Positions 1 to 13,930 of a stretch of 64,000 bases of DNA are shown in pieces. This stretch comes from Camelus ferus. Its lineage: Eukaryota. How positions within the stretch are numbered: the stretch's first letter is position 1; every line of letters begins with the position of its first letter. The notes beneath the pieces are model-generated. The model was not told where the DNA came from. It saw only the letters and a list, made by a program, of their open reading frames with translations, and searched no databases. A program made the translations under genes and the position numbers. The DNA is taken from positions 8,930,001-8,994,000 of the forward strand of contig NC_045698.1 of assembly GCF_009834535.1 (NCBI RefSeq). Direction: 5' to 3'.

Positions 1-194
1 TTTTTCTGGCGCATCTGTGCCAAAAATTTATACTTGTTCTCTGATATCTGTCCTATCTCCATTTACATATGTTCCTTTACAAGTATTTTATTGACAGCAG
101 CATTATTACATGGTTCAGACGCACAGAAGAGCCAGAGCGAATAACTGTGACATGAACACAACCTTGTGACCACCCCCTCCACCACCACTCAGGC

Positions 195-670
195 TGTGTA
201 AAGCTGGGCTTCTGGCAAGCACAGAGGGGCGCAGGGATTTGAATGCACCTGGTTTAGGATGAAGTGCTCTTCAGGAAAATCTGGGAGGGTGGGACGGAGG
301 CATAGGGGGACTGAATTAAGGACATGCTTAAGAAAAGTTTAGGCCTGGCTCTATCAATAGGAAAAGGGTTCTGGAGTATGGAGTCTGTACTGCCATGCTT
401 TCCCCTTTGAAGCCAGGTGCCTCGCTGTGAATAAAGCGAAAAGCTTGCTTTTCTGGTGGGAGGGGTCCTTTCTGTTGAAGGCGGGTTTCCAGAGAAGAGG
501 TGTAGCTGTGAGCAATAGGAAGCCAGTATTTCCAGCAACTGAGGGGTAAGTGAGCCAGGACCTGGACGGGGCCCCAGAGGCTGTCCTCTCCAGAGGTTAA
601 CGAGTAGAATTATTCTCGGAAGTGATACTGGTCTTCTCCACAGCATGGTGATCTCTGGGGACCTACAGCT
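195..670 (-). mobile_element. Degraded ERVL-type LTR (LTR16/LTR33-like)
   Basis: GC-richer block; 'gggcttctggcaagcacagaggggcgcagggatttgaatgcac' resembles the reverse-strand U5 end of LTR16/33 as recalled; no TSD seen. Confidence 0.35.
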
Positions 671-1995
671 GGCCTCTCTTAGGGGAAGCAGAAGCCCCCG
701 ACCTCTTCAGTTTAGGTCCTGTATTGATAGTGTCACTTGCAATACATTCTATCAATCAAAGAAAGTCACAAGGCCAGCATTGATTTAAGGTAAGTGGTGT
801 CTGTATTAGAGACGGGAGGGAGAAATTACTGAACTATTTAGCGTACTATCTGAAAGATAGCATGATCTTTATTGAAAATGCTTGGTAGGTAACCTTTTCC
901 TTTTTTTGCAGGTGGAAAAGCAACCGCACAATACATTGAATTTTCCCAGAGAGCTTTGCCTGCAAGATAACATCAGCTTCCCTTCTCGACTGTGAATCTG
1001 GGCTAAATCCCATCAGTTGAATCAAAGCCCTCCTTCCCTCCCTAGGGCCGAGTAGGACACGGCATCACGGGCATGCACGCAACACAGCCTGAACAGTTTG
1101 ATCCTCATTCCTCCCCAAGATTCCTCCGCATCTTATATCGATTCTCATAGCTTTTTGTTCCCTTTTGGGACCAAGAGACTTCACTCCTACCCCTAATCAT
1201 CTTTCTCCTCAAGAAAGCTCCTGTCAGGGTAAAGGGGCGGAGGTATCAGGACGGCATCAGTAAGCAAACACTTTCAGGTTTGACCGGCCTGGGGATTGTA
1301 TGCGGCTAGAACAAATGCACATTCATTTAGCTCACCCAGAACTCCCAGTCAGGTGGGAAGATGGGAAGATCATCATTACTGTTTCTCTGGCAGCTTTAAG
1401 AATCCCTTTCTTCAACAGTCACATTCCTGTCTGGCTGGGCTTTGCCATATACTTTTTATTTTACTAACTCGGGCTCAATTTATATGGCAGGGACATTTTC
1501 TAAAAGAAGTACACCATAACTGGGGTCTTTTTTATCCAATTTTCATAATAACAGCTTTTGTATTTCCCCCCTTTTAGTATGAGTGAGGGGAGTTTTTGGA
1601 AGCAGTGGAGCTGGCTGCAAGTCTTTATCTTGATACTTGGACTCAATTTCTCATTTTCCAGTAGGTAATCTTTGTTAGCTTGTAATCCTAATATGAGCCA
1701 GTAAGATCCAACTAGTAGTCAATGTCTCATTTGTTGTTTCCCACAAGAGTCTGTCTGTCTCAGGGAAATCTCCTCTGAGATAGTCAAAGCTCCTTCATAG
1801 GACAATCTGCAAAAAAAAAAAAAATGAGAACTTTTAATTTTGTCTATGAGTAGATCTAAGATTAGCATGTAGACTGCAGGAGGGATAGAGATGTATGTTG
1901 GTCTGTTTCCATCCTTTCTTAACAAATATTACACTCCCTAACCTCTGGTCTCTAGGCCAACTAACCAAAGTTCTCATGGATCACAAGGGGTGGAC

Positions 1996-2408
1996 TGTAG
2001 CTGCCCTGAAAGTGAGGTGCTCAGATTTCCCATTGTTAGAAGCGTGATAGGCTCGGAGTCCCAGCTGCTGCTTCTCTCAGTTAACCACTGCATGCAGGCT
2101 GGTGCCACACTTCCGGTGGACTGTGCCAGGTAATGCCTGATTGTTGTCATAGTACCAAAGCAGGCCCACTGGGGTGAGGTGCAGTCTCCTTCCTATGGGC
2201 TCAAGGTCTCCCAGCGGCCTGAACAATCCTTTATCAGCATTGTTAGGCAGCCGTACCCTCTTCTACACCTCCCTCTCCTTTCCTTCCCCACAGATGTTAA
2301 CTTGCATTGCAGTCTGAAAGCTCTCCTTACCTGCTCATACTCTGTCCCCTAATAATTGCACATTTAATACTGTCTTAGAAAAAAAGTTCTCAGGCCCCAA
2401 CTAATGCT
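1996..2408 (+). mobile_element. ERVL solo LTR, LTR16-like
   Basis: Starts tgtagctgccctgaaagtgaggtgctcagatttccc (LTR16-type start); ends ...ccccaactaatgc. Confidence 0.55.
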
Positions 2409-4000
2409 ATGAGGTAGAGCTCTAAAAAGCTGCTTTTTTTTTTTTTTTTTAATATGACATAGAATGAAAGTAAAGAAATCAGATTCAGAATTTTTGGGAA
2501 TCAAAGCCAATGAACCCTTGAATCTCAATGCCTTAACAAAATAAAAATGTTCTCTTGTTTTTAAAACTGTGCGGTATGGGACTTTTTGGTTGGTGGATGT
2601 GTTCCAAATGTTGATCCAGAAATCACGTCTCTTCCATCTGTGTACTTCTTCATTTATTTAATTGAACCATAAGACATCGCTATTTTGGTAAGTCTAACAA
2701 TCGCCACTATCACTGTATCTACCAAGGTAACCCTGGAAATCGTATCTATTCCTAAGGCTGATAACCATGGGAGATTACACATGGGAGATTTTCCCATGTG
2801 GTAAGCCTGTCAGTAGCTCACGTATTTTCTATCTCTGTTTATTGACCTGGAATCAATCATTTACCGAATTACAACTGCAAAGGAAGCTTGGAAACATAGT
2901 CTATCGATCTCTGTGCACAGCAAAGATAAACAGTTTTGATTGATCAAGCATCAGTAATAGTCACAGTCTGATAGCAAATGCTGTTTCATCTTTCTCACTC
3001 CCAGTGGCTGTACCCAATTCCTGGATCCAACCACAGATCAAAGATTTTGAAGGATGCAAGTCCTCTCCATCAGTCTCCGATATAAAACTTCCAAGTTTAG
3101 TGACTATAAACTAAAGAGTTAAGTTGTGTGTCCTCCCCTACTTCTATCCAAATTAACCCAACATGGAATATTGAACCAGAGACAGTATAATTGAATGAAA
3201 AACTTTTATTTTTCATATTCCCCAGCCCAATAGTTTTCCCCTCAACTTAATGGCGGCTACCTTGAGGCTATTAGAAATAATGGCATTAGGTGAGAAGGGC
3301 ATGCTCATATATATGTCATAGGCTGACTATTAATAAGACTTTATCACTCAAAGCTGCTTGTGTCTTATTGCATACTTTTGAAATATAGAGGCAATCAGCT
3401 TTTCCAACACTTCAAAGCCCTGAATTACTATTTCTAGTCACTTTTATATCTTCATATAAATAGACTAATTCTTTTCTGAGTTTATCTTTTTTTTGTAACT
3501 CCTTGCTAAAAGCAGAGAGTAAAAACCCAAACACAGCATAATGCTGAATCTTTGCAAGCCTTTTCACCTAGATTTAAGCTCAGTGGTTTGCCTTCCAAGA
3601 GCAGTTAATTTACTGAGTATCCTCATGCTACTGAATAGCAGCCCACCCCCTATTTCTATCCATCAGTAGCTTTTAACTTATCCTCCCAGTGTAACTTGGT
3701 AAAGTCTTTAAGCAGGGAGCAGGAGAGCCATTAGAAATTTTGATATACCTTCAGTCTTAAAAATTTCCCTGTTAGAATAATGTTTACCATCACCTTTTCT
3801 GAATGCTTGATTTATTCCCATGTCAATGATTACTGGAAGCGTAAAGAGAAAACCATGACTTAATGAAAGGAGATTTATCTTCCAGTCCTTAAAGTTTGAG
3901 AGTTGCTTAAAGGCATTGTCCCTCGCACAGCTGAGAGAGAAGCCAAAACATCTCTGCTTACAGTCCTGCATGACAAAGACAATGAGAAGATGAATGGAGG

Positions 4001-4004
<4 letters not shown>

Positions 4005-4071
<67 letters not shown>
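4005..4071. repeat. Compound microsatellite (GA)n(GT)n
   Basis: Seen directly. Confidence 0.98.
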
Positions 4072-4075
<4 letters not shown>

Positions 4076-7000
4076 TGAGGGCCTATGTGTGGGTGAACAA
4101 ACTCTCAACTCCCATAGCAGAAAGTAAGGCCTCTGAAATTCCAACCCTTTGGGTTATTATTGATATAAAACCTTAAATCCTGTAAGTAAACCGTGGAGTG
4201 ATATCTTCAAAGGATATATAACCAAAAGCAAAATCAATAAAATTTAAATAGCCAAAAAACAATGTTGACACTATGATTTATTAAATTTGATGCAAGATAG
4301 ACGCTCTAATTGTCACTACAATTAAAAAAAATAAGCTAAAATAGGGATTTAACCTCAGAAATATAACTTTCTTGTCTACATATTATAATAATTTTGAATA
4401 TTAGGTATCTTTCCTCCCCTTTCCGTGTAAAACTCTAGAGTCATTTTTTTTGTTGTTGTTGCTTGTGCACAATTAAGAGAGAAATAGGAATAGAAGACAG
4501 TGTTTAGCATCTTTACTCAGAAATAGCTGGTTCGTTTTTAAGGGAAAGCAAAAAAATTCATAAACTGTCTCTCGAATTTTTAATTTAGAATAATAATGAG
4601 GCTAAGGAAGGTGCACATAATTGGATTTCTTTTTGGCAAGTGGAAGGGTGAGAATCTGAGTAATCGCTGGAGGAAAAACACTCATGGAGAAAATAGCTAT
4701 TTCCTTTACAAAGCACGAGTCTAAGAGACAGTGAAGTGAAATTATGCCATGTATTCTTATTTCCAGTTTTATCCTGGGCATTAAAGACATAAAGTAGAAA
4801 GCTATTCTAACATACTATTTGTTATTTCCTGTGGAGGGTCGGAATTTTGTTTATTATTTAATACCTCAAGTAGAACTAATTGGATTTCCAATCTGAATTC
4901 AAAAGTATGAAAAAAGAGGAGTATTTCTCTGTATTTGAAACACCTTTACTCTGTTTGTCTAGCAAGTGTTAGGGAAGGATAAAAAATAAATGAATTGTTC
5001 CTCTTATTAGATCCCTGAGGATGCTAGATTCAAAATAAATCATTTCTTATGTACCAGACCATCTTATTTCTGCCACTGAAGATGCTAGTTTAATGTGGTA
5101 TGAAAGTGAACTGGATTGTTAAATTATTCCAGGTTTTTAGGACCTGTGCCATTGTATTGACTTCCCTATGCCTCCTTTATCTCTATGTCCCATCTTCAAC
5201 TAAATTCACATCCACACCCACGCACTCATGCACCCACACACACTGTTTGTTGAGTTGGGAAAAAGAATTAGATACTTTTGAGAATCACAATACACTATTC
5301 TTTGGTATTGTTTTAATTTCAGTCTATTGAGATTGAGATATTGTGTTCTGGGCCAGAATAATAATCAAGCAAAACATGGTAATGACATACAAAAATTTAA
5401 AGGGCTTAAAGTCAAATATATGACTTTTACAATTTTTAAATACACTACTCTTATTTTAAGATCTGCATAAGATGAGCTAATTAGGAAAATATATGAAAAT
5501 AGAGGATTAATTTTTTGTGGTGGATGACCATCTGGACACAGGCAGTTTGCACTGAGAGAGACCAGATTAGCATCCCTGACATTGTGTCTGTTACATGGTC
5601 AGTATCTTCAATAAAATTATTCAATTTAAAAATATTTTGAAAGAGCTTTAGATGTAAGTGTTGACGCTGAGGGTCAGCAGAAGTATAATTCTCATGAAGG
5701 CAAAGTGCTGCAGAGTTCCAACATGACAGCTGCCAGCACTATGAAAGGCCACGGATCTCTTTATCTGCATAATAGCCCCTCTTGTCTGACTTTAGCTCTA
5801 AATTGTGCACAGACAATAGAAACTTACATTCCTCTTAATCAGTGCAGTGAGCTTTCTCCAGAAATGACATTTGGAAAAGGACAAAAAAGAGACACTTGTT
5901 CTTTAAAATTGAACAACATAAAGGATGGTATCATATGTTTAGAATTTCTTACATTTAATATTGACCAGAATAGTATCCGATGTGCCAGTGGTGACCAGGA
6001 CACGTGGCAAGTGGAGATCTTGTTGTCCTTCTCGTACACATTTAGTAGGTTTCGAAAATCTCCAATATGTTAATGAATGTTGCAAGCATTGGTTACGACA
6101 AATCTTTTTACTGTTTAGATTCCTAGGTGAAGATAATCTTTAGCTTGTAGTTTTAATTCTTAATACCCAGATCACTGAGGTGTAATTGATGAAAGTATTT
6201 ATGTTTTCCTTAGTTTTAGATATTTTACTTTTAACATGACTGAGTACAAAGAGTAGATTGACCTGTAAATTATTGCCTTGTTGTAGGTCTAAACACTCGA
6301 TGATCAGAAATTCTCTTCTGCTGAAACTAATACAGCTTAAAAGTCACAGTAAATGATGACATTTACATACTTCAATATTGGTGCTCTACAGGCTTAAAAC
6401 AAGATGTTTGGTCTCTTATGGAATACGCACATTCTATTAAAATCTATGGGCCATCTATCCACAGTGGCCAAAAAGTTCATAGTGTTTGACAGGTAATATC
6501 AAATATATAGAAAAATATAATTTTTTCAAAATATTCTCTAGAGACATTTTAGTATTAATGTTTGATCAGTCTATTTTAAAAGGCTTCTTCCAGACCCACG
6601 AGAATCCAAGCATCAATTGTGGAATGACTTCTGTGTACAAGTCATTATTCTCAATCTTATAGTCCTTGTGTCATTTTTATAGTAATCTAATAACTATGTG
6701 CAGTAATAACAATTTTTTGGGTGGAACTGCAATTGGTTCTCTCTGTATGTACATATGTATGACTTTATTTGGTATTTTTAATAATCAGTGAGATGCTACT
6801 GAAATTCTGCAAAGAAATGTAATTTAAAAGACTTTGAAGAATAGTCCACTGACACAAAATGAGTATGCTAACAATGCTGCCTATTAGATTTATGCTGCTA
6901 ATAAGGTTTTTTAAAATTTAGAATATTTCCATCAATATTTTTCTCTTCTAAATCTATATCTTTCTTTTCTATATTTATATGTATATCAATATGTATATTT

Positions 7001-8639
7001 GTGTCTGTCTACACGCCTGTGTATTTAGTCCTTCCACGTGAAAGACTCAGGTGTCGTTAGCAATGATAACAGCTCATACTGATAAATCAACGCACTCAGT
7101 TTAGGGATTATCATGTTATTCACTCATCTGCCCTATCTCCTTATCTTTTTATTTCTGATATTTTGTTACATTTCCTTACAGTGTTTTAACTGTTTACCTG
7201 TTTGTTGTAAACAAAATGGAAAGGGAAAGAATATTTAAGTTGTCAGCAACAGTATACCTGTTTCACACCAAAGCCATGATTTGAAGGCTAGAGGACAGGA
7301 TTTTATCATTCTATTTTAAATTGTATTTAATTAGCTTGATATTCCATACCCTCTTGCTAAGTGCCATGTAACAGAGTATTGAGTACAGATTGTAAGGATT
7401 TTTCTCCCCCAAGGGCTGTAACATGATTTCTCACTTTCTGAACTGAGGAGATCATGGGGACATCTGTGTTGCTTGGTATTTTTACCCCTGAGATTTGTAT
7501 TTTCTAATGGCAGTGGGTTAATAAGAGAAAACTATTGAGATCACAAAATTTACCATTGAAATATACCTGAATTTTTACTGACAACTGAATATTGAGGTGC
7601 ATGTCCTCCACCTTCTGGTGATGGAGATTGCTCTTAATTAATAGTTTTCCATTTTTCTTCTTTGTCTTAACTTTCTCCTTGCTGCCTAAGTCAAATTTTA
7701 GGTGCTAAATTCATTATCTACACTTCACTCAAAGACAGTCATCTCCCCTTTGTAAGAGAATTTTACCTCTTACTTTTACAAAGCTCAATGAATGAGTCCG
7801 TTCTTTCACACAGTTGTGGATTATCTAGCACAAGGAGAACTACGCCTTGTCTGTGACTCCTTTCCTCAGGCTTGCTACCCAATCTTGGTCCCATCCTAGC
7901 CATCTAAAGGGAGAAGAGGACACAAATTTACAGTGTAAATTCTGAAAAAATATGACAGGGAGGTTGATGTAGTGTAGGTTTAAAACATCAGAGCTATCTT
8001 TTCCTTAATGTGACCCGATTATCTTCGTGATCTTAGAAATGACTGCTCTCACCTTCACGTTTGGAGAATAGGACAGGATTGTGATAAGAGAGCTTTTAGG
8101 TTCTTCTAGAAGTTGATGTGCCACCAAGAACAGTGTCATACTAGAAACCAGCTCTGGTGGGCACGGTAACCTATATTTAGTAATGAAGGAAGATGAGAGA
8201 GAAGACATATAATTATGTGTCCTACTTTGATTATATGATTAAATGTTTGAAAGTGTCTTCTTTTCTTCTAATCACTTATCTGAGCAAGAGCTAGCTTTGT
8301 CTCTGGGTTTATTCATTGAGAACTGAGACAGATTTCAATTCTATCAAAATAATGATTTTTATGTATATGGCAATTAAAGTTATCTATTCAAAGGATGATA
8401 GCAATTTTCCTTCAATGTGCTAACGTAGGGAGATACTGACTTTGAATAGACTCTTCAGGATAATAAAGTAAAATGACATTCCAAAGACTAAATTCATATT
8501 TTAAAATATAATTTTTATTGTTCTAGCATGAGAACAAGGGTGAGAAATCTATAAGACATTAAGATGTATGAACATATTGGAGATGAAACTTTGCTTTGAT
8601 TTACAGTGAACAAGCAGCTCCATGTGTGTCTTAGACTCT

Positions 8640-9500
8640 TTGTGTGTCTTCCTTTTTGCTCAATGAGCTATTGCCTAAAGTTTTCTTCTGACTTGCTTTC
8701 TAGCTTACTTATTCTGTTTAGTTTTTCTACTCTACCGTTAAACCTATGTATTTCGTGAGTTTCTAATTTTAGTCTTTGCATTAATCGCTTCTAGAGATCC
8801 CATTTTATTCTGGATAACGTCAAATTTTCCATTGAAATTCTTCTTATCAGTTAATTTCTTGAAGGTATTAAGCCCTGTTATTTTAAAGTTCTTTCCTAAT
8901 AATTCCAGTGTCTGGACTTCCTTTTAGCCTGTTACATCATCTCTTTTTCCTTTCTCATTTCTCAGCCCATCTATTCTTTCGCTTGTCTATTATTTCTCCC
9001 CATGTGTTGAGCATTGTGATGAAAAATTTTAGACATGATATAATGCTTTGTATGATATTTCCATTTTGAAGAAAGAGTTGCATTTGCTTTGGGTTGACAG
9101 TTCTGAACAGGCAGATCCCCTAATCTAATCAAAGATTAGGCAGGCCCAGGAGGGCTAATTCATTTTTGCTTCTTCTTTTCTTTTAGTATATAGCCCTTTG
9201 CTATTTCCAATATAACACCATGGAATGTGGACTAGCTCACCATTCCAAATGTGTCCTCTTATTCTTGTGAGACAGCCAAGAACTTGAGATGAAAATGCGA
9301 TATCCAATACTGGACTCACCTTGCTGGACACCTCTCCTCTCTGAGATCTTCTTGTCCTTTCAAATCCTTTGTGACTTGCAAGCTTACCTATGCCTTCAAA
9401 CAGGTGTGTGTGTGTGTTGTGTGTTGTTGTGTGCACGTGTGTGTATGTTTTGTATTTGTCCACCTTTTCTACTTTTTCTCTTTATGAAGTTGAGTTTGAA
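8640..9500 (-). mobile_element. Old L1 (L1ME-like) 5'/ORF1 region, degraded
   Basis: T-rich antisense L1 texture, e.g. ttattttaaagttctttcctaataattccagtgtctggac. Confidence 0.5.
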
Positions 9501-11137
9501 ATAAACTCGTCTGCATATCTAGGAAGAAGACACTCCTTATGAATAATTAGATTGTATTAAAGCCAAAATGCCTGGAATTGTGCATAATCTTACCAGAATT
9601 AATATGTAGATATATGGAATTTTCTCTATAATGTCCTCTACATTGTTCGTCTTACCAAAGTCAGGCTATTTGTCGTCACATTAAGGATATGAATAGAGGC
9701 TGTTTTCTCCTTGAGTCAGATAATGGAACATAGTTCCCAAAATGATGCAACAAATTTTGTATATAATGTGTATGACAGGAAAAAATACAATATTCTCACC
9801 TATCTTGTGATTTCACAAATATTATTACTTAAGATTATATTAAACTTGGGAATAACCCTATTTGGTGTGAGATAAAAAAAATAGTTCTATATATACAGTC
9901 TACAGCTAGGTAGATATTTGTAAAGGTGTTAGGCTGAAGACTAAACTTTGTGATAAGAACTCTGTTTTTCTATTGCTAAAGACTGGGACTCTGGATAATT
10001 GGTCATCAGTGTACATTGATTTGCCCAAGAGCTTTGGCTGGGAGGGATAAAGTACAGGGCTGACTCTTGGAGCCGCTTTGAGAGTGAGGGAAAAGTGAAG
10101 ATTATTGGGTGATGCCCAGAGACACGTGGCCCAAATTTCTAAGACAGTGGTTCCCATTAAAGATGAGCTTTGTCTTTGAAAGTGCCTGGAAATGACTTGA
10201 AGGCGGGAGCAGAAAGAAGGACGCTGTCTAAGCATGCAGTAGTGATGTTAGGTTAGAATCCTGCCAGCTTGAATTGCAATCTTCTAGAAAATGAGAATCT
10301 CACATGCCCTGCAGGTGTGGGCATGCCAGGAGCCCCTGAGTGTTAGGAGCAATACCTATTCCTTCTGATCTAGGGTCTTAGCAATCAACCGTCCTGGCAG
10401 AGAAGTGGCTAACTGCTCTAAGAGATGTGGCTGACTCTGTTCTACAGGCTTTTGTGAGACTGTTTTCTCAATGCACGGAGATCTTAATATCCCAAAAAAT
10501 CAAATATCCCGAAGGATCCCAAAGGATCACCTGGAATTTACACTTGTGAGGTGTCTTGAGCTGAGCAAGCTGAGGAGCTCTGAGAACTGACATGCAGTTA
10601 CACCTGGATGAACGTAGAAGGAAAATGCTCACATAGGGAGAAACGTACGTGGGTAGGACTTAGATACCCAGAATGCATATCAGTATGATCTGTAAATATT
10701 TCTGCATATGATACAATACTTATTAATATTAGACTAAAAAGAGACAAAATGGCACATTGATGCCTGTATTAATGCTAAAACAGACACATTTCTATTTTGT
10801 TATTTAAACAATAAAACAATTTATTTAGATTATTTATCTATAAGTACCTGTGTAGCTAATTGATTATCTCTAGTAGAAAGGGGCTCCAGAATAAAATAAG
10901 GCTGATTCCTAAAGCTCCAATTCACTATGCAGTAGAGAATGATTTAGGTTTAATAAAAATCAAATTTAATTGTTGTGTCAGCATTGATAATAAAAAGAAA
11001 CAAATGCACTCCAGCGTGTGTGTAGAGCAACTTTAAAAGGTACTCGATTTACATAAAACCAGGGCTTCTGTTTGTATTTTTTAAATCCCTAAAAGTATCA
11101 TGAGAGACTTTATGCTTAGAACAATAGTATTTGATGA

Positions 11138-11270
11138 CTTCATTTAATAAATATTTATTTAGCGAACACCTATTACGTATTCTAGGCACAGAGTACATAC
11201 GAGTGAATAAAACATAAAAATCCTTGCTGAAAGGAAGCTTATGAAGCTGATATTCTGGTGTGGGGAGACT
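11138..11270 (-). mobile_element. L2 3' end
   Basis: ttcatttaataaatatttatttagcgaacacctattacgtattctaggcacag matches the antisense L2 tail. Confidence 0.65.
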
Positions 11271-11276
11271 GTACAC

Positions 11277-11288
11277 TCACACACACAG

Positions 11289-11319
<31 letters not shown>

Positions 11320-11336
11320 CACAGACACACACACAC
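11277..11336. repeat. Interrupted (CA)n microsatellite
   Basis: Seen directly. Confidence 0.97.
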
Positions 11337-11494
11337 TTTATAGAATCAACAGTCTTACTTTTCCAAGACGCTTAGTAGGTAACAGGAAGTTGTATACTCA
11401 TTCAAACAAAACAAGGGTAGGCAAGGAAAGTACACAGCTGGAAGAGGTGTTCTAGAGTTTACAAGGGAATGAACTTAGCTGTGCAGCCTGGAAT

Positions 11495-12101
11495 TGCTGG
11501 AGCAGGCAGATAGCTAGATATGAGCAGGGAGAGGAGGACGCATGCCAAATGGCAGGAAACCCTACATCATGTAAACATGCTGGTCCCTGGGCAGACAGAG
11601 AAAAGTAGGAACCTCTGGACTGATAAGAGATCACACATTTTTGGGGTGACAAGTGCCCTGGAGGCTAACAAAGAAAGGTGGAAACAGGCAGGAATCTCCA
11701 GTGTCCTAATGTAACCTATATGCTCATTATGCCCTCATTACAATAAAATTAGCCTTGCAGATCAGAAGCACCCATCATGCACTGACACCATGACGCTTCC
11801 AGTCCAGACTAAATAAGGACAAAACTCCCTCCTTCCCTTGGGAAGGTGGAGCTGGGATGGAAATCAGGCACTATGACCCCAAGCTCTTCCCTCCCCAGTG
11901 AATAGCCCATCCATTCATTCTTACACTCTATGTAACCAGCTTGCCAAAGAAACTCAGGGCAGCTGCTCACCTGAGCCTGCCCGCTCTCTCCTTGAAAGTG
12001 ACTATCCATCCCTTAATAAATCCTCACTTTACTTTCTTGACATCCTTGTCTTGCCTCTGGATTCTTTCTGCAATGAGACAAGAACCTAATTACCGGCAAC
12101 A
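11495..12101 (+). mobile_element. ERV1-class solo LTR (family A in this window)
   Basis: TG...CA termini; exact 4-bp TSD GAAT (11491-11494 / 12102-12105); AATAAA at 12015; homologous to the reverse complement of 39495-40148. Confidence 0.92.
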
Positions 12102-12119
12102 GAATCTTTAAATTCATGG

Positions 12120-13930
12120 TCATGCACATCAAATTGCCCCCTCACGCTACTCAGCAAATATGCCTCTTTTCTTCGCGGCCCCATATTCCATGGATATTTA
12201 ATAACTTTTCCTCTTTTCATAAGCCCCTCAGTATCTTTTTCTCCCCATCCTCACACTTAGCTGTCCTTCTACCATTGCTTTTTCACTAAGTAAATTAAAG
12301 TTATCAGAAAATAAAGTTCACAGACTCAAACAATCTCCCTCCAACCACATCTTTCTCCACATACAATAGCTTCCTGCTTGATACCCCAGATCTATGCTTT
12401 CCAGTCCAGTAGCTACTGGCTGCACATGGCTATGGAGCATCTGAAATGAGGCTAGTCCAAATTGAGTTGTACTGTAAGTATAAAATCCACATCAGATTTC
12501 AAAGAGAGTATGAAAGATTGAGTGCAGAGTATCCCATTCAATTTGTTATACTGATGAAATATTGAAATATTTTGGATCTATTGGGTTAAAGAATATTAAA
12601 ATAAGTTTCACCTGCTTCTTTTTACTTTTTCAAATGTGGTTATTAGAAAATCTACAATCCTCTATGCTGCTCATGTTATAATTCCATTAGGGAGCACTGT
12701 TCAAGAAGAATTCAGATTTCTGTCTTGAGTGGATCTCTCCTCTTTCACAGAAAACATACGTACCTAAGAGCGTAGCACCAGCATGTCCGCATCGCCAGTT
12801 TGTTCCCCCATCTCCTGCATCATTCTTAGTAGCATGTATATATGTTATTACTCATCTTTGACAGTTACTTCACTAGTTTCCAGAACACCTCATTCACATG
12901 ACCTCCCTCCATCTTCACGTTACTCCTTCTCACTCTCTGTTTCTGGAATATTCTTTTTCCTCTAAGCACTTATGTTTGATGTGTCCTGATCACCTTGGTC
13001 TTCCCTTTACACTTACTACCTTGGTGATCTTATGTAGCCGCAAGAACTTTCAGCTCTTGTTTCCCGCCCGGCCTCTGTAAGAACTCTAGACGGATATAGG
13101 TGAGTGCCTACTAGCTTTTTCTTTTTTTGTCTCTAATTAGCCTATCATTTTTGACGTCTCCAAAACTGACATTCTGATCCCCCCACCACCGACTCCAAAC
13201 CTGCCCCAGGTGACGTTTCCCTCCTCTTAGCTGATGCCAACCCTCCTCCTGCTGTCCGGACTGAAAATCTACGGGGAGGCATTTTTAAGTCCTCTTTTTC
13301 CTCACTTCTCATATTCTATCAGGCAACAAATCGTGTTGTCTCCAATTTCAAAATACAATAAAAATGCCTGCCCCTTCTCACTCCCTCCACTGCTGTCGCT
13401 GGAAATGTGCGACTCTCCTCTCTGCCGCCGGTCCTCGAATAGCCTCTGAACTGTACTCTCTGGTCCTACTCCTGTTCACGGCTGTGTGTAATCCTCATAG
13501 AAGCCAGAGACATTCTTTTTGACTTGAAGCCTAGCAGTGGTTCTCTGTTACATTCAAATAAAACCTAATAAGCTTGCAAGGATATGCCTGTAAAAACGCC
13601 ACCCTTTCTCACCTCAACCCTCTCCATCATTTTCTCTCTGCACTAATTTTCTACTAACCAGCCTTCTTCCAAAGTCTGCTGAAGCCACATGGTCTCCTTT
13701 CCGTTCCTTGAAAAGAGGTCAGGTACATCTCTGCTTGACAAGTTGGCCCTGGTTGTTTGCTCTGCTTGAAACGTTTGTCCCCCAGGTTATAATGTAGGAT
13801 AATGTGTTTCCCTACTTCAAGGCTTTGTTCAGATGCCGTCTTCCTGATGAGGCCACTGGGCAAATGAATAAGAATCCTCTTGCCATTCCCCATGTCCATG
13901 TCCACGCCTTTCTGATAAACTTTTCTCTCG
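12120..13930 (+). mobile_element. L2 (LINE-2) ORF/3' region, interrupted by MER33
   Basis: C/T-rich L2 motifs such as ctccaaaactgacattctgatc and aacaaatcgtgttgtctccaatttcaaaata. Confidence 0.6.
12392..12699 (-). mobile_element. MER33 (hAT-Charlie non-autonomous DNA transposon)
   Basis: gtagctactggctgcacatggctatggagcatctgaaatgaggctagtccaaattgag...ttcacctgcttctttttactttt...gagcactg follows the recalled MER33 consensus end to end. Confidence 0.85.

Noticed and set aside
254..646. 130-aa ORF and the other 60-137 aa ORFs in the track
   Set aside because: No recognisable domains; most lie inside LTR/LINE remnants and are of chance length
890..1000. Strong-looking splice acceptor ttttttgcag at ~911 (also ~42748)
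   Set aside because: No convincing donor or recognisable peptide; the sequence after ~911 looks LTR-like
3875..4176. ORFs with HT/ER/CV runs (also 9155-9504, 11258-11455, 17517-17944)
   Set aside because: Translations of dinucleotide microsatellites or repeats
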